From Bugula neritina (lineage: Eukaryota; Animalia; Bryozoa): a stretch of DNA of 64,000 bases. The stretch is from contig OZ037772.1 of the NCBI GenBank assembly GCA_964035545.1, forward strand, positions 682,001 to 746,000, read 5' to 3'. Of the stretch, positions 27,921 through 39,182 are shown in pieces (within the stretch, counting starts at the first letter, position 1; every line of letters starts with the position of its first letter). The translations under genes and the position numbers were made by a program. The notes under the pieces were generated by a model. The model did not search any database and was not told the DNA's origin. It saw only the letters and a list, made by a program, of their open reading frames with translations.

Positions 27921-27985
27921 GAGTGGAAATGTTAGCTCAGAGCAAGCTTACCTGAGAACCCGGTATTTGTAATCATACTCAGCGT

Positions 27986-29698
27986 TCAAGCTTGGATGTC
28001 CGTGGATTGAGTTTGAATGCGTCTTCCCTTGACAACGTCAGCGTACGAAAAGACTGGGCAGCGTGGTTGTTGCGCACGGCTGGAACTATTTGCCCCGGGC
28101 GTAGTAGTTTTGTTTACTACTCCGCCTTCGCAAAAGTTGAGATTTCCGTGGTGTTCACAACTCCCACGCTTTGTTGCCAGTCCTTCCGTACGGCGCCCGG
28201 CTAGACTTTCATAACTGCCGTTTGTAACACGGTCACATATGAAATCTTTAAGGTATGCTGGGGGTTGTCTAGTACGCTGTCCCCGTTCCAGGGGAGGTGA
28301 CGTATCAGCTGGAGAGGGAGTTGTAGCTGGTGGTTGGGGCGGCGTACTCACTGGTGGGCTATTTTGCTCCACCTGTGGTGTTTCTGGCCCGCCGTTGGTG
28401 GTGGTGTTCCCCTCTCCGCTGTTGTCTCCAGATGGAGCCCCTCCCACGGGGGGGGTTTTGCACTTCCGGATGCGGATGCGGAACCGGAAGTGGTGGGGGT
28501 AGACTTGGTAATCGGGGCGGTGGGCGCACTTCCGTTGGTGGGAGTGGCGTCTCCTGCCTCACCAAGTCCTCTCTCCGCGGCACAACCACTTCATATTCTG
28601 GTCCATGCCGTTGCCGCCCACGCGTTACTGTCTGCCTCCTGGGCTCCAACAACGGGGGGGCTGCTCCTGCTGCTCCTGGGCTAGCCCAATACGGTTTCAA
28701 GCGGACTTCGTTCTGGACAGAGACCTGTCCAGATCGCTCCAACTTGTACGTATGATTGGGCATAGCCTCAACTACTACGTAGGGTCCCACAAACTTAGGC
28801 TGGAGCTTAGCCGCTTGTCCTCGACGCCTACGGTAGTTGACCATCCACACCCAGTCCCCAGTTTGATAGAGGGGTGGTTCCTGAGAGTCCTCTCGCCGTA
28901 CCTGCCACTGCTTCGCCCGCAGTATTTCGTGTGCGGCCCTCAGGTCCTCTACCAATTTACTGGCATACTCGTGGATGGTATAGTCCTGCTCTGGGATGTG
29001 GTATGTGAGGTGGTCAGGCACTCGCGTCTCTTGACCGAGCATCAGGAGGTTAGGGGTTTCCCCCGTACTGGTGTGTGGTGTACTACGGTAGGCCCGCATG
29101 ACTTGCGGCAGTACCGTATCCCACTCCTCCTGACCCCGGCCGAGGAGCAGACTGCGCAGTGCATCGCCCAACATGCGGTTGTTGCGTTCCACCACCCCGT
29201 TGCCCTGAGGATGGTACGGGGTGGTCCTGCTTTGGTTTACTCCCCAGAGGCGGCAGAGGTCGCTCAACAGTTGGGACTGGAATTGAGCCCCCTGGTCCGA
29301 ATGTATTTGCTCAGGTAGTCCAAGATAGCAGAATACATTTTGGTCCAGCACCCTGGCCACCGTGGGGGCGGACGCATCTGGAATAGCCAGGGCGTCCGCC
29401 CACCGTGTAAAGTGGTCGGTTAATACTAGGATCCAACTGTTTCCTCTGGGGGTGACGGGCATGGGTCCGACTAGGTCGATAGCTACCACCTGCCATGGCC
29501 TCCCAGCATATAGCCTACGCCGTCCCGCTTCACCAGGGAGACGGCCATGCTTGCTGGCCTGGCAGATTTCGCATTGTTTGACTCTACGCCGCACCTCACG
29601 CTCCATGCCGGGCCAGTACCACCGGAGTTGTAACTTGGAGAGCACCCTGCTCACCCCGGCGTGGGCTTGCTTGTGGGTGTCCCATACTAACTCTTGTC
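27986..29698 (-). CDS. Gypsy integrase (HHCC, DDE, GPY/F, C-terminal tail), frameshifted
   Basis: H-x3-H...CEIC, IDLVGP, SDQG, VERNNR, FVGPY. Joined to pol by a 1-nt frameshift near 29698. The tail containing RTRQPPAYLKDF continues in another frame after a C8 run at 28448-28455. Confidence 0.92.
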
Positions 29699-32600
29699 GA
29701 TGGCGGCTGGGCAGATCACCCTCTTCCTGCCGTACTGGTTGTTGTGAGCAGCCACTGTGATGGTCAGCAGACCATCTGGCCCGATCCGCAGGGAGTCCCA
29801 ACGTTGGCAGTACGACCGTAACTCGGTGCATCCCTGCCGCAGTTGTTCTTCACTGGGTCGTCGCCCCTCCTTTTTGGCACGATATACGTCGGCTACCACT
29901 CCAGGGAGGTCCTCCTGGAGTCTTCGTAGCTCCCTAACGTTATCAGCCAAGACAGGATTGGCACGGAGGCGTTGGATAGCCTCCGGGGGCGTAGCGGCCT
30001 TCTGTAGGAGTTGACCCTGGTCCCAGTCATACTCCGTTTCAGAGTGGTTCAGTGCTCTCAACTCGGATTTTGGGGGACCTCCGTCCCTCTTCTCGATGTT
30101 GAGGCACTGTTTACACCCCTCGTCCGGTCGCCGGCTCAGTCCATCAGCATTGCCGTGTTTCTTACCGGGTCGGTGCTCGATCCGGTAAGAGAACTCGGCC
30201 AGGACCTCGAGCCATCGGGCGACTTGGCTGGACGGTTCTGCTCTCTTACATAACCAAATCAAGGAGGCGTGGTCGGTCCGCAAGCGGAACTTCCTGCCGT
30301 ATAGATAAGGTCTGAAATGCTTCACTGACTTGATTACTGCCAGTAATTCCTTTCGGGTAGTGCAGTAATTTCGTTCAGTGGGCGAGAGAGACTTACTGTA
30401 GTAGGCCACGACTACTTCGCGGCCCTCCTGCACCTGGGACAGCACAGCGCCGACATTTTGGTCACTGGCGTCAGTATCGAGGATGTACTCCAGGGCAGGG
30501 TCTGGATAGGCCAGGATAGGGGCCTCCAGCAGGCGGCCCTTGAGGCAGTCGAACGCTCTCTGTTCGACGGGAGTCCACTGCCAGGTCACTCCCTTTGCGG
30601 TGAGCCGGTTTAATGGCTGCGCTACCCCCGCAAAGTCTGGTATGTATTGCCTGTAATACCCTACCAGCCCCAGGAAAGCCCGTAGCCCGGTCAAATCCTG
30701 GGGGGTTACCCAATCTTCTATAGCTCGTACCTTTTCGGGATCCGTCGCCACACCGTGACGGCCGACGATGTGCCCCAGGTACTTCACCTCTGGCTGCAAG
30801 AGAGCGCACTTGGAGGGTTTGAGCTTCAGATTGGCGCCTCGGAGTCGATCGAAGACCTCCCGCAGACGGCTGACGTGTGTCTGAAAGTCTGGGGAGATCA
30901 CGATGACGTCGTCGAGGTATACTAGCAGTGTCTTCCAGTGGAGTCCACTGAGGACCTGTTCCATGAGCCGCTGGAACGTGGCGGGGGCGGAAGTCAGTCC
31001 GAAGGGGAGGACTTTCCACTTCCATAAGCCGTCCCGCGTGATGAACGCCGCCTTCTCCTGGGCGTCTGGGCTGAGGGGGACCTGCCAATAGCCGCTCAAC
31101 AAGTCTAGCGTACTGAAGTACTTGCTGCCGGCTAAGGCGTCCAGAGATTCGTCGATCCTGGGTAAGGGGTAGGCGTCCTGTATGGTCACGCTATTGAGCT
31201 TGCGATAATCCACACAGAACCGCCAACTGCCGTCTTTCTTTCGGACCAGAACGACCGGTGAACTCCACGCACTATGTGCTGGCTCGATGAGGCCGCGGTC
31301 CAAAAGATTCCGGACTTGTTGGCTGACCTCCTTTTCCTTCTCGGGTCCCAGCCTCCTAGTGGGCTGCCTAATAGGGGTAGTCCCTGCAGCCAGCGGTATC
31401 TCATGACGGACGGCCGTGGTCAGGCCGACGTCATGGTCCCCACTGCTGAACACGTCGCTATAATCACGTAGCAACTGAGCCATAGTCTGGCGTTCCACGT
31501 TGCCCGTGCAGCCGCCACACGCTGCCTGGTATAGCTCTTTGACGTGTTTTGGGACGGTCCCCCGCCTAACTGACGGGCTCTGTTGGGGACCTTCCGTCGC
31601 AGCTCCCAGCGACGGCCCTATATCCTCCTCCTGGATGGAGTGGAAGCGACCCAGCATGGATCCTGACGGTAATTGTACCGCTTCGGAGAAGGGGTTGACA
31701 CACTTCACCAAGATCTCTCCTCGGTCAGTCAGCCGGTTAAGGCTGCTGGCGAGTTGGATTCTAGTGTGCGCACCTTCGACAACCCCCAACCCCGAGAGTT
31801 GGCTATTGTTCACTCTGCAGTGAACGGTAGCCCGGGAGCAGCCGGGTATAGTACAGTTACGTACTACCTGCACACCTCCCGCTAGAGGACGACCGAACTT
31901 GTCGACACAGGTGAGCTCTTTGCCGCCCATTAGCATGGCTGACTTGCTAAAGTCAATATGGCACCCGTGTCTCTTCAAGAACGACATCCCCAGTATGGCA
32001 TCTTCCTCCAGTGGGCTGATGACGAAGGTTTCCTGAATGGCCTGGTCGCGGACGCGCCCAGCCAATTCTATGATACCGTAGAAAGGAATCCGTGACCCGT
32101 CAGCTAGGGTGCCCGGTTCCCCGGTATAGGGAGCTAAGGCTCCCCTCTCCTTGAGAGGGAGGGTGTCGAAGACCCGACGGCTGAGGAGATTAGTGGTACA
32201 CCCGGAGTCTAACAGGAAGGTGACAGCTTTACCGGCCACCTTCCCTGGTAAGAAGTAGCTGCCTCCGTGTGGTTGTACCCGTACTCCCCCAGCGTGCTCG
32301 GTCTCGGCCGAACGGGGCTGTGCCCGTTTGTTCCGCGGTTTGCGGGGCCGGTGAGAGTTTCCTTGCGGGGAGGTGTTTTGATCCTCCCCGATGCCCTGAG
32401 GGGCCTCGCTGGTCTGTTCCATTACTGGTAACGGACCGAAGCGGTTGGTGAGAGGCAGAGAGAAGGGGTCTCGTGGTCGACCCGGTTGGCTGGTTCGGCG
32501 AGGTGTTTGCCATTGACGGGGGGTGTGCTGCTGGGCCCGTACGGGCTCCTGGCGACATCCACCCCGTTTTCCTCTCGGTGTGGGCCCGCGGAGCTCTGGG

Positions 32601-33445
32601 GGTCTCCGGGGAGGTTGTGGCTTCTGCTGCCGTTTGAATTGTGGGCCGCTCGGGTGGCGGTGCCCCTGGTTGCCGCTTTCCCAGCGTCGCATCGTAGGTC
32701 TGGGGGGTTTTGTTGCCGTCCTCTTACTCTTCCTTGAGTGGTTGTATGTTATCGTCGCAACCAATTGTCCCAGTCTAGTCATCAAGCGGCTTATCTCCAT
32801 CTCTATGGGGGGTTTAGTGGTCGCGGCAGCTATGCGGACCGGATGGTCTGGTTCCCTAGAGGTCTGGGGAGTGGCCTCTTCCGTCTTATAGAGTCGCTCG
32901 GCTCCAGCGTAGGCCTTGTTCTCCTGGATTGCAGCCTCGATTGTGGTCACTCCCTTGGCTTGTAACTGGTGGTGGAAGTCCAAAGAGTTGAGGGACTGTA
33001 CAAAGGCTTCGAATGTGTAGTGCCGTCTGTGTGTTTCTGGCAGATCGCTATACGCGGTCCGTGCCAGTCTCTGCACCAGAGTGGCGTGGTCAGAAAGCGG
33101 TGTACATGTCTTGCGGAGTAATCCTCGCAGCCTGGACTTGGCGACGGCAACGGGCATGCCAAAACGGGCCCGTAGTGTAGCAATGATCCCGTTTACGCTA
33201 GGCTTCCACCCGTACGGCTTGGCTTCTTCCGTCAGTGCCATCCGCAGTTTTGTAAGAGTTACTCTTGGCGGCCATCTTGTAATGGCTGCAGCTTCATGGA
33301 ACTCTTGAACGAATTGTTCAATATCCTCGCGGCCTGTGAACACGGGAACCTCTAATGTGTTCCTATATACCTCCTCTCCAGCTCCGAGAGGGCCTATAAT
33401 AATGTTCTGCTCACCTCCTTCCATTGAAGTTACTCCCTCGTCCAT
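29687..33445 (-). CDS. Gypsy Gag-protease-RT-RNase H polyprotein
   Basis: 1252-aa ORF with Gag (PVFTGREDIEQF), protease LLDSGC, RT (WRFCVDYRKLN, LPFGL, YLDD) and RNase H (TDAS, ELLAV, TDH, NADGLSR). Confidence 0.97.
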   Translation of the reverse strand: MDEGVTSMEGGEQNIIIGPLGAGEEVYRNTLEVPVFTGREDIEQFVQEFHEAAAITRWPPRVTLTKLRMALTEEAKPYGWKPSVNGIIATLRARFGMPVAVAKSRLRGLLRKTCTPLSDHATLVQRLARTAYSDLPETHRRHYTFEAFVQSLNSLDFHHQLQAKGVTTIEAAIQENKAYAGAERLYKTEEATPQTSREPDHPVRIAAATTKPPIEMEISRLMTRLGQLVATITYNHSRKSKRTATKPPRPTMRRWESGNQGHRHPSGPQFKRQQKPQPPRRPPELRGPTPRGKRGGCRQEPVRAQQHTPRQWQTPRRTSQPGRPRDPFSLPLTNRFGPLPVMEQTSEAPQGIGEDQNTSPQGNSHRPRKPRNKRAQPRSAETEHAGGVRVQPHGGSYFLPGKVAGKAVTFLLDSGCTTNLLSRRVFDTLPLKERGALAPYTGEPGTLADGSRIPFYGIIELAGRVRDQAIQETFVISPLEEDAILGMSFLKRHGCHIDFSKSAMLMGGKELTCVDKFGRPLAGGVQVVRNCTIPGCSRATVHCRVNNSQLSGLGVVEGAHTRIQLASSLNRLTDRGEILVKCVNPFSEAVQLPSGSMLGRFHSIQEEDIGPSLGAATEGPQQSPSVRRGTVPKHVKELYQAACGGCTGNVERQTMAQLLRDYSDVFSSGDHDVGLTTAVRHEIPLAAGTTPIRQPTRRLGPEKEKEVSQQVRNLLDRGLIEPAHSAWSSPVVLVRKKDGSWRFCVDYRKLNSVTIQDAYPLPRIDESLDALAGSKYFSTLDLLSGYWQVPLSPDAQEKAAFITRDGLWKWKVLPFGLTSAPATFQRLMEQVLSGLHWKTLLVYLDDVIVISPDFQTHVSRLREVFDRLRGANLKLKPSKCALLQPEVKYLGHIVGRHGVATDPEKVRAIEDWVTPQDLTGLRAFLGLVGYYRQYIPDFAGVAQPLNRLTAKGVTWQWTPVEQRAFDCLKGRLLEAPILAYPDPALEYILDTDASDQNVGAVLSQVQEGREVVVAYYSKSLSPTERNYCTTRKELLAVIKSVKHFRPYLYGRKFRLRTDHASLIWLCKRAEPSSQVARWLEVLAEFSYRIEHRPGKKHGNADGLSRRPDEGCKQCLNIEKRDGGPPKSELRALNHSETEYDWDQGQLLQKAATPPEAIQRLRANPVLADNVRELRRLQEDLPGVVADVYRAKKEGRRPSEEQLRQGCTELRSYCQRWDSLRIGPDGLLTITVAAHNNQYGRKRVICPAAIDKS

Positions 33446-33487
33446 GATGTTCTAATACTTCTCATTGTTCTCATACAGTAGCTAGAA

Positions 33488-33505
33488 ATCCCACCGCTGC
33501 CACCA
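33488..33505 (-). other. Primer binding site complementary to the tRNA-Leu 3' end
   Basis: TGGTGGCAGCGGTGGGAT lies 1 nt from the 5' LTR and is complementary to ATCCCACCGCTGCCA-CCA of metazoan tRNA-Leu(AAG/TAG). Confidence 0.92.
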
Positions 33506-33506
33506 C

Positions 33507-33778
33507 TGTAGTAATTTGTGTAACTACTATGCGTGGGTTCCTAGCTTGTAATTATGTCTATTTATCTACACCAATAAAGTATTTAAGTAAGAGTTTCCAA
33601 AGTTTATTTACTACTAATTATATAAAAGATACAGCACGTACACAGATTAGAGATTACATCTTCGCTTAGTTAACACGCTCTCTCTACTGCAAAACTACTA
33701 CTAGCTGAGGGTTATCACGTGATGCACACGGATAGGCTGAAGGAATACGAGGGACGCGCGTATTACGTCCTCACTACA
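33507..33778 (-). repeat. 5' LTR
   Basis: Direct repeat of 26208-26479, adjacent to the PBS. Confidence 0.97.
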
Positions 33779-33939
33779 ATACTAGTAATAATACTAATAG
33801 TAATTAGTAATGCTGTGATAGTAATAGTAGTACTCACTAATCTATCACCATCAGTACCAACCTTATTTATTAAGTTTAAGAATTATGATTATCTACTTCT
33901 AGTTCTAGTCTTTAAAAGTTGAATTATTATTGTTATTAT

Positions 33940-34262
33940 TACTAGTTTATATTACCAAGTTATATTACCAGGTTATGTTACCAAGTTATATTACTAGTTT
34001 ATGTTACCAAATTATATTACCAGTTTATGTTACTAAGTTATATTACCAGGTTATGTTACCAAGTTATATTACTAGTTTATGTTATCAAGTTATATTACTA
34101 GTTTATGTTACCAAGTTATATTACTAGTTTATGTTACCAAGTTATATTACTAGTTTATATCACCAAGTTATATTACAAGTTTATATTACCAAGTTATATT
34201 ACTAGTTTATGTTACCAAGTTATATTACTAGTTTAAATCACCAAGTTATATTACTAGTTTAT
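33940..34262. repeat. Minisatellite of about 26 bp (GTTATATTACTAGTTTATGTTACCAA)
   Basis: Directly visible dimeric unit. Confidence 0.9.
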
Positions 34263-35271
34263 ACTGCTAGTATTCAACAACTACCCTCCAGCACATCTCA
34301 ACTCTGACGCAACTGCACTGGATAATCATCCGTATAGTTTATAGTTTATGTTGAACTCTTCAGACCCTGAGAACTGTGCGTGTGGCTTCACCTGCGAGTG
34401 TGGTGCCTGTGTTGGGGTATGTGACCTTGACAGAGACTGTGGGAAGCTGCAGATCTGTTTGGAGAAAAGATGTTATCAGCAGGCCTCACCAGATGACAGG
34501 ACAGTTGTCTGGGATCTTTATCACTCAGAACTAGTAGAACGTTCTTCAGGTTTGAATGCGAAATCTTTGTTCTAAACTCTATTAGAGTTTAAAAGTGTTG
34601 CTTTCTGTTGTACTTATATCTGTGCTGGCCAGGATTTTTGAATGATTTTTATTATGTATTTACATAACAGAGTGTAAACTTAAAGCTGAATTTGCTTTAT
34701 TTTCTACATATTTTGGTTTGCGATTTTTCAGTAGAAACGAGGTATCACACTTGGTGTGATTATCAGCATTTTTTGCAGGTGCTTCTATCCGTGTACTGAC
34801 AACACAGCCTGTCCTAGTGATGGACAGATCTGTCACCATGGTGTCTGTAAAGAGGGCTGTCAGGTGAGTAGTCGCTATGACCTACACTGCGAGTTATTGA
34901 TGACTTTCATACTATGAGTTGTGACTACCTACTATAATTTATACTGCGAGTCCAAGTATCTGCTGTAACTTATGCTGTGAGTCATGACTAACTGATTTCA
35001 CTTATACTGTGAGTCAATTATCAAAAATAGCAAAGAAGTAGAGATATGTTGTGTATGTGAGATATGTGAGGTTATTTAGTGACTAGTTCGCTATTTATAG
35101 AGTTTTGTTTCTATTAATAGACTGTACTGAAGATGAACAATGTGGATCTGAGTTTACTGAATGCATATCCAACATATGCTATCAGCTTTATCCTCTCAAC
35201 AATCCAGATCTTTCTGATGCTGAGCAGGACAGACTCTTTGATGATCGGCTGGACCTACAGAATGATGGTAA

Positions 35272-36325
35272 GTTACTCTGTTAATATAGTTACTCTGTTA
35301 GTATAGTTACTCTGTTAGTATAGTTACTCTGTTAGTACAGTTACTCTGTTAGTATAGTTACTCTGTTAGTACAGTTACTCTGTTAGTATAGTTACTCTGT
35401 TAGTATAATTACTCTGTTAGTATAGTTACTCTGTTAGTATAATTACTCAGTTAGTACAGTTACTCTGTTAGTATAATTACTCTGTTAGTACAGTTACTCT
35501 GTTAGTATAGTTACTCTGTTAGTACAGTTACTCTGTTAGTATAGTTACTCTGTTAGTATAGTTACTCTGTTAGTATAATTACTCAGTTAGTACAGTTACT
35601 CTGTTAGTATAGTTACTCTGTTAGTATAGTTACTCTGTTAGTACAGTTACTCTGTTAGTACAGTTACTCTGTTAGTATAGTTACTCTGTTAGTACAGTTA
35701 CTCTGTTAGTACAATTACTCTGTTAGTTTAGTTACTCTGTTAGTACAGTTACTCTGTTAGTATAATTACTCTGTTAGTATAGTTACTCTGTTAGTATAAT
35801 TACTCAGTTAGTACAGTTACTCTGTTAGTATAATTACTCTGTTAGTACAGTTACTCTGTTAGTATAGTTACTCTGTTAGTACAGTTACTCTGTTAGTATA
35901 GTTACTCTGTTAGTATAGTTACTCTGTTAGTATAATTACTCAGTTAGTATAGTTACTCTGTTAGTATAGTTACTCTGTTAGTACAGTTACTCTGTTAGTA
36001 CGGTTACTCTGTTAGTACAGTTACTCTGTTAGTATAGTTCCTCTGTTAGTATAGTTACTTTGTTAGTATAGTTACTCTGTTAGTATAGTTACTCTGTTAG
36101 TATAGTTACTCTGCTAGTACAGTTGCTCTGCTAGTATAGTTACTCTGTTAGTACAGTTACTCTGTTAGTATAGTTACTCTGTTAGTATAATTACTCTGTT
36201 AGTATAGTTACTCTGTTAGTATAGTTACTCTGTTAGTATAGTTACTCTGTTAGTACAGTTACTCTGTTAGTATAGTTACTCTGTTAGTATAATTAATCTG
36301 TTAGTATAGTTACTCTGTTAGTTTA
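35272..36325. repeat. 17-bp minisatellite GTTACTCTGTTAGTA(T/C)A, about 60 copies
   Basis: Directly visible; starts inside the GTAAGT donor site at 35268. Confidence 0.97.
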
Positions 36326-36585
36326 GTTACAGTAACAGTTTGCTAGTCATAATAACTTTCACTGTTAGTTGCTTAACAAGTTATTCTACATCTCTCGTAG
36401 CCACAACCAAAGTGGTGTCTATATATCCTGCTAGTGACTTGAGTAATGACTCATATGTCTCCTACACTACGAGTGGTCAGCTTGCAGCAGTGTTGGAAGA
36501 GAGTGGAGACAACTTGGATCAGAGGTATAGGTATTGCTTAGTATAAGTTATACCGTTACCATATATAAGCAGAGTGACAGATGAA

Positions 36586-36725
36586 CTGACTGACTGACTG
36601 ACTGACAAACTGACCGACTGACTGACTGACAAACTGACTGACTGACTGACTGACTGACTGACTGACTGACTGACTGACTGACTGACTGACTGACTGACTG
36701 ACTGACTGACTGGCTGACTGACTGG
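36586..36725. repeat. (CTGA)n microsatellite
   Basis: Directly visible. Confidence 0.97.
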
Positions 36726-37615
36726 ACAGACAAACAGATAGGTAAATATCGATCAGATATATAGTGAAGCTACCAACTGAGACCCAGACTGTGTTTTGAT
36801 ACTGGTATATGATATCCTTCTACAATGTGTTTACAGTTCACTGTACAAAGTATAGTTCCATCAGATGGACTCGCTCTACTCATGTGTAAGACTCATCAAG
36901 AATGTCTACCCAATCAGATCTGTGTTAACGAGGTGTGCACACTGACGTGTAAAAGTGACTCTGAGTGTGCATCCAACCAGGTTAGATACTGCATACATGT
37001 CTCTATCATAGCAAGTATTTCACAAACTATTCTGAAACCCATACTTTTATTGTTCAATGTCTATGTATTCTCCACCATGTTTTTACTAGAAGTAAACTTT
37101 ATTTCAGTAATGAGTTTAAAATAAATTATTGTTTCGCATTGTACAGTTTATTATTGCCTGAATCTTGTAATAAGAAGATTGATAATATTAGAGCAGCTAT
37201 GTGATTGGCTTAACAATATCAGAGCAGGGATTTGATTGGCTTAACAATATCAGTGCAGCGATGTGATTAGCTTTACAATATCAGAGTAGGGATGCTATTG
37301 GCTACTCTGTTCTGTTCTGCAGGGCTTCAGAAGAGAAGAGGGGAAACGGGATTGCCCTGTGCTGTAGGAGATGCTGGAAGACCCGGACCTCAATGTCCAA
37401 TGGGAGAGAGCCGGTCGACTGGGCTCAAGAGATTCCTCAGACCAGTCGGTGCTCCTGGTTATCCTGGCCTGCAAGAACCGAGGTTGGTGAATAGTATCTT
37501 TGTGGGGCTCACTGCTTGTGTGGAAGTCGTCTCCTCTGAATTATTTGGAAATATCGCTTGAGTTCCTTGCCCTGTATTATCAGTTAGCCACGCCTAGGTG
37601 TTTCACAGTTCATTA

Positions 37616-38115
37616 CAGGGTTGGGGTGATTGTAATTTGTAATTGTAATTTGTTGTATTTAATTACATTTTTTCAAGTAATTGAATGTAATTTGTAATTG
37701 ATGTATAAACATTTAATTGTAATTAATTACATATCTAATGTAATTGATTTTTACAATTACATCTCAATTACTTCAAACTTTTAAATCTTAAGAAATTCAT
37801 TCTTTTTTAACATGCCTACTGTTAAATAACAAGTTCAGGTTAAGTCAATGTAGTATAGTATCAGTGTTGAGAACAAAGGAGGTTCCCCCCTGTCAAAATT
37901 GCCCCTGCTAGGTGGACCCTAGAAGTGAAATTGCATAACTTTCATTTGTCCCTTGTGAGAACAAAAGTAATTGTAATTGTAATTAATTGCTTTACAATGT
38001 AGTTTTGTAGTGTAATTAATTACATTTATTTCAACTGTAATTATAATTGTAATTGACAAATTCTCATGTAATTGTAATTAATTGCATTCACATGTAATTG
38101 ACCCCAACAACCCTG
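37616..38115. mobile_element. hAT-type MITE with TGTAAT-rich subterminal repeats
   Basis: Ends CAGGGTTGGGGT ... ACCCCAAC(AAC)CCTG; 8-bp TSD GTTCATTA / GTTTATTA (7 of 8 match). Confidence 0.8.
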
Positions 38116-38726
38116 GTTTATTATGGAGCTCATACTTTTATTGTTCAAGGTCTAGATGTATTCTCCACCATGTTTTTACTAGAAGTAAACTTTAATTCGG
38201 TAATAAATTTAAAATAAATTGTTTAATTTCATATTTTGCTGTTTATTATTGCCTGAGTATTGTAATGAGAATATTGGCTTCACAATACCAGTGCAGCGAT
38301 GTGATTGGTTTGACAGTATCAGAATAGTGATGTGATTGGCTAATCTGTTCTGTTCTGCAGGGCCATGCCTACTTGTATTATGTGTTAATCTTGTTTTGCA
38401 GTGAACAGAAAGGGATAATGGGTCCCAAAAGACACCCGGGATCTTACAGAACTGATGGAGAGGAAGGGTTCACCCGATGTTGATGGCCTGCCTGGTATAT
38501 CCGGCAATCCTGGAGATGCAGGAGAAAGGAGACCACCTTGTTTCTCAGGAGATACCGGACTTTTTGGAGAACCAGGTGATGTTTACGCTTAATTGAGTTC
38601 AATCTGTCAAGTTAAGTTGGGATCTTTTTCGTTTTCATTATTTTATGTTTGTTATGTGGAAAAGGGGAAACTCTGTCTTGGAGCATTTTTGTTTTTTCAG
38701 AGAGCTTTGGATTATTTTATTATGGT

Positions 38727-38857
38727 CTACACAGGGGTGTAGACAAACTAAACTACGCAGGGGTGTAAACAGACTAAACTACATAGGGGTGTAGACAGAC
38801 TAGACTACACAGGGGTGTAGACAGACTAAACTACATAGGGGTGTAGACAGACTAAAC
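38727..38857. repeat. Tandem repeat, about 26 bp x5 (ACTACACAGGGGTGTAGACAGACTAA)
   Basis: Directly visible; each unit has a small hairpin CTACA...TGTAG. Confidence 0.9.
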
Positions 38858-39182
38858 TTACTACAAACTTATAACTACCTTGCATCATGCTGTCATGCCG
38901 TCTCCATTCTCTCTTATAATTTGACCTTTATTTAGCGAGCAGATTTCTAGTAGGCTATTCTATAGTGACCAGTCACACTGTTTATTATAGCAACATAGAA
39001 ATCAAGTTGAAAACTAGTTGCACTTGTTGTGATGCTATCAATGGGTGCTTACAGGTAGAGACGGAGTACCTGGACCTGTTCAGATCGGATATCAGGGTAA
39101 ACAAGGAGATCAAGGTCCTGCAGGTAAGAATGAGGAGTTACTCACCCTTGCTTGTGTATTTCTGTTCTTTTTAGGTATTCTA

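Larger units (their letters stand above)
26208..33778 (-). mobile_element. Full-length Ty3/Gypsy LTR retrotransposon (7571 bp)
   Basis: Two 272-bp TG...CA LTRs with only 2 differences seen; 4-bp TSD ATAC at 26204-26207 and 33779-33782; PBS and PPT present; gag-PR-RT-RH-IN order. Confidence 0.98.
34364..36980 (+). pseudogene. Exons of a cysteine-rich repeat extracellular-type protein, phase-incompatible fragment
   Basis: AG/GT-bounded exons 34364-34549, 34779-34863, 35121-35267, 36401-36524 and about 36837-36980, most with C-x2-D-x2-C...C...C modules (CDLDRDCGKLQICLEKRC, CTDNTACPSDGQICHHGVC, CTEDEQCGSEFTECISNIC, CKTHQECLPNQICVNEVC). Only the third-to-fourth junction is in phase. Confidence 0.65.

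Noticed and set aside
29690-29710. Programmed -1 frameshift between RNase H and integrase
   Set aside because: No slippery heptamer and an atypical position; a 1-nt deletion explains it.
26722-33308. Many short overlapping or antisense ORFs in the Gypsy body
   Set aside because: Expected by-products of GC-rich coding sequence; no recognisable domains.
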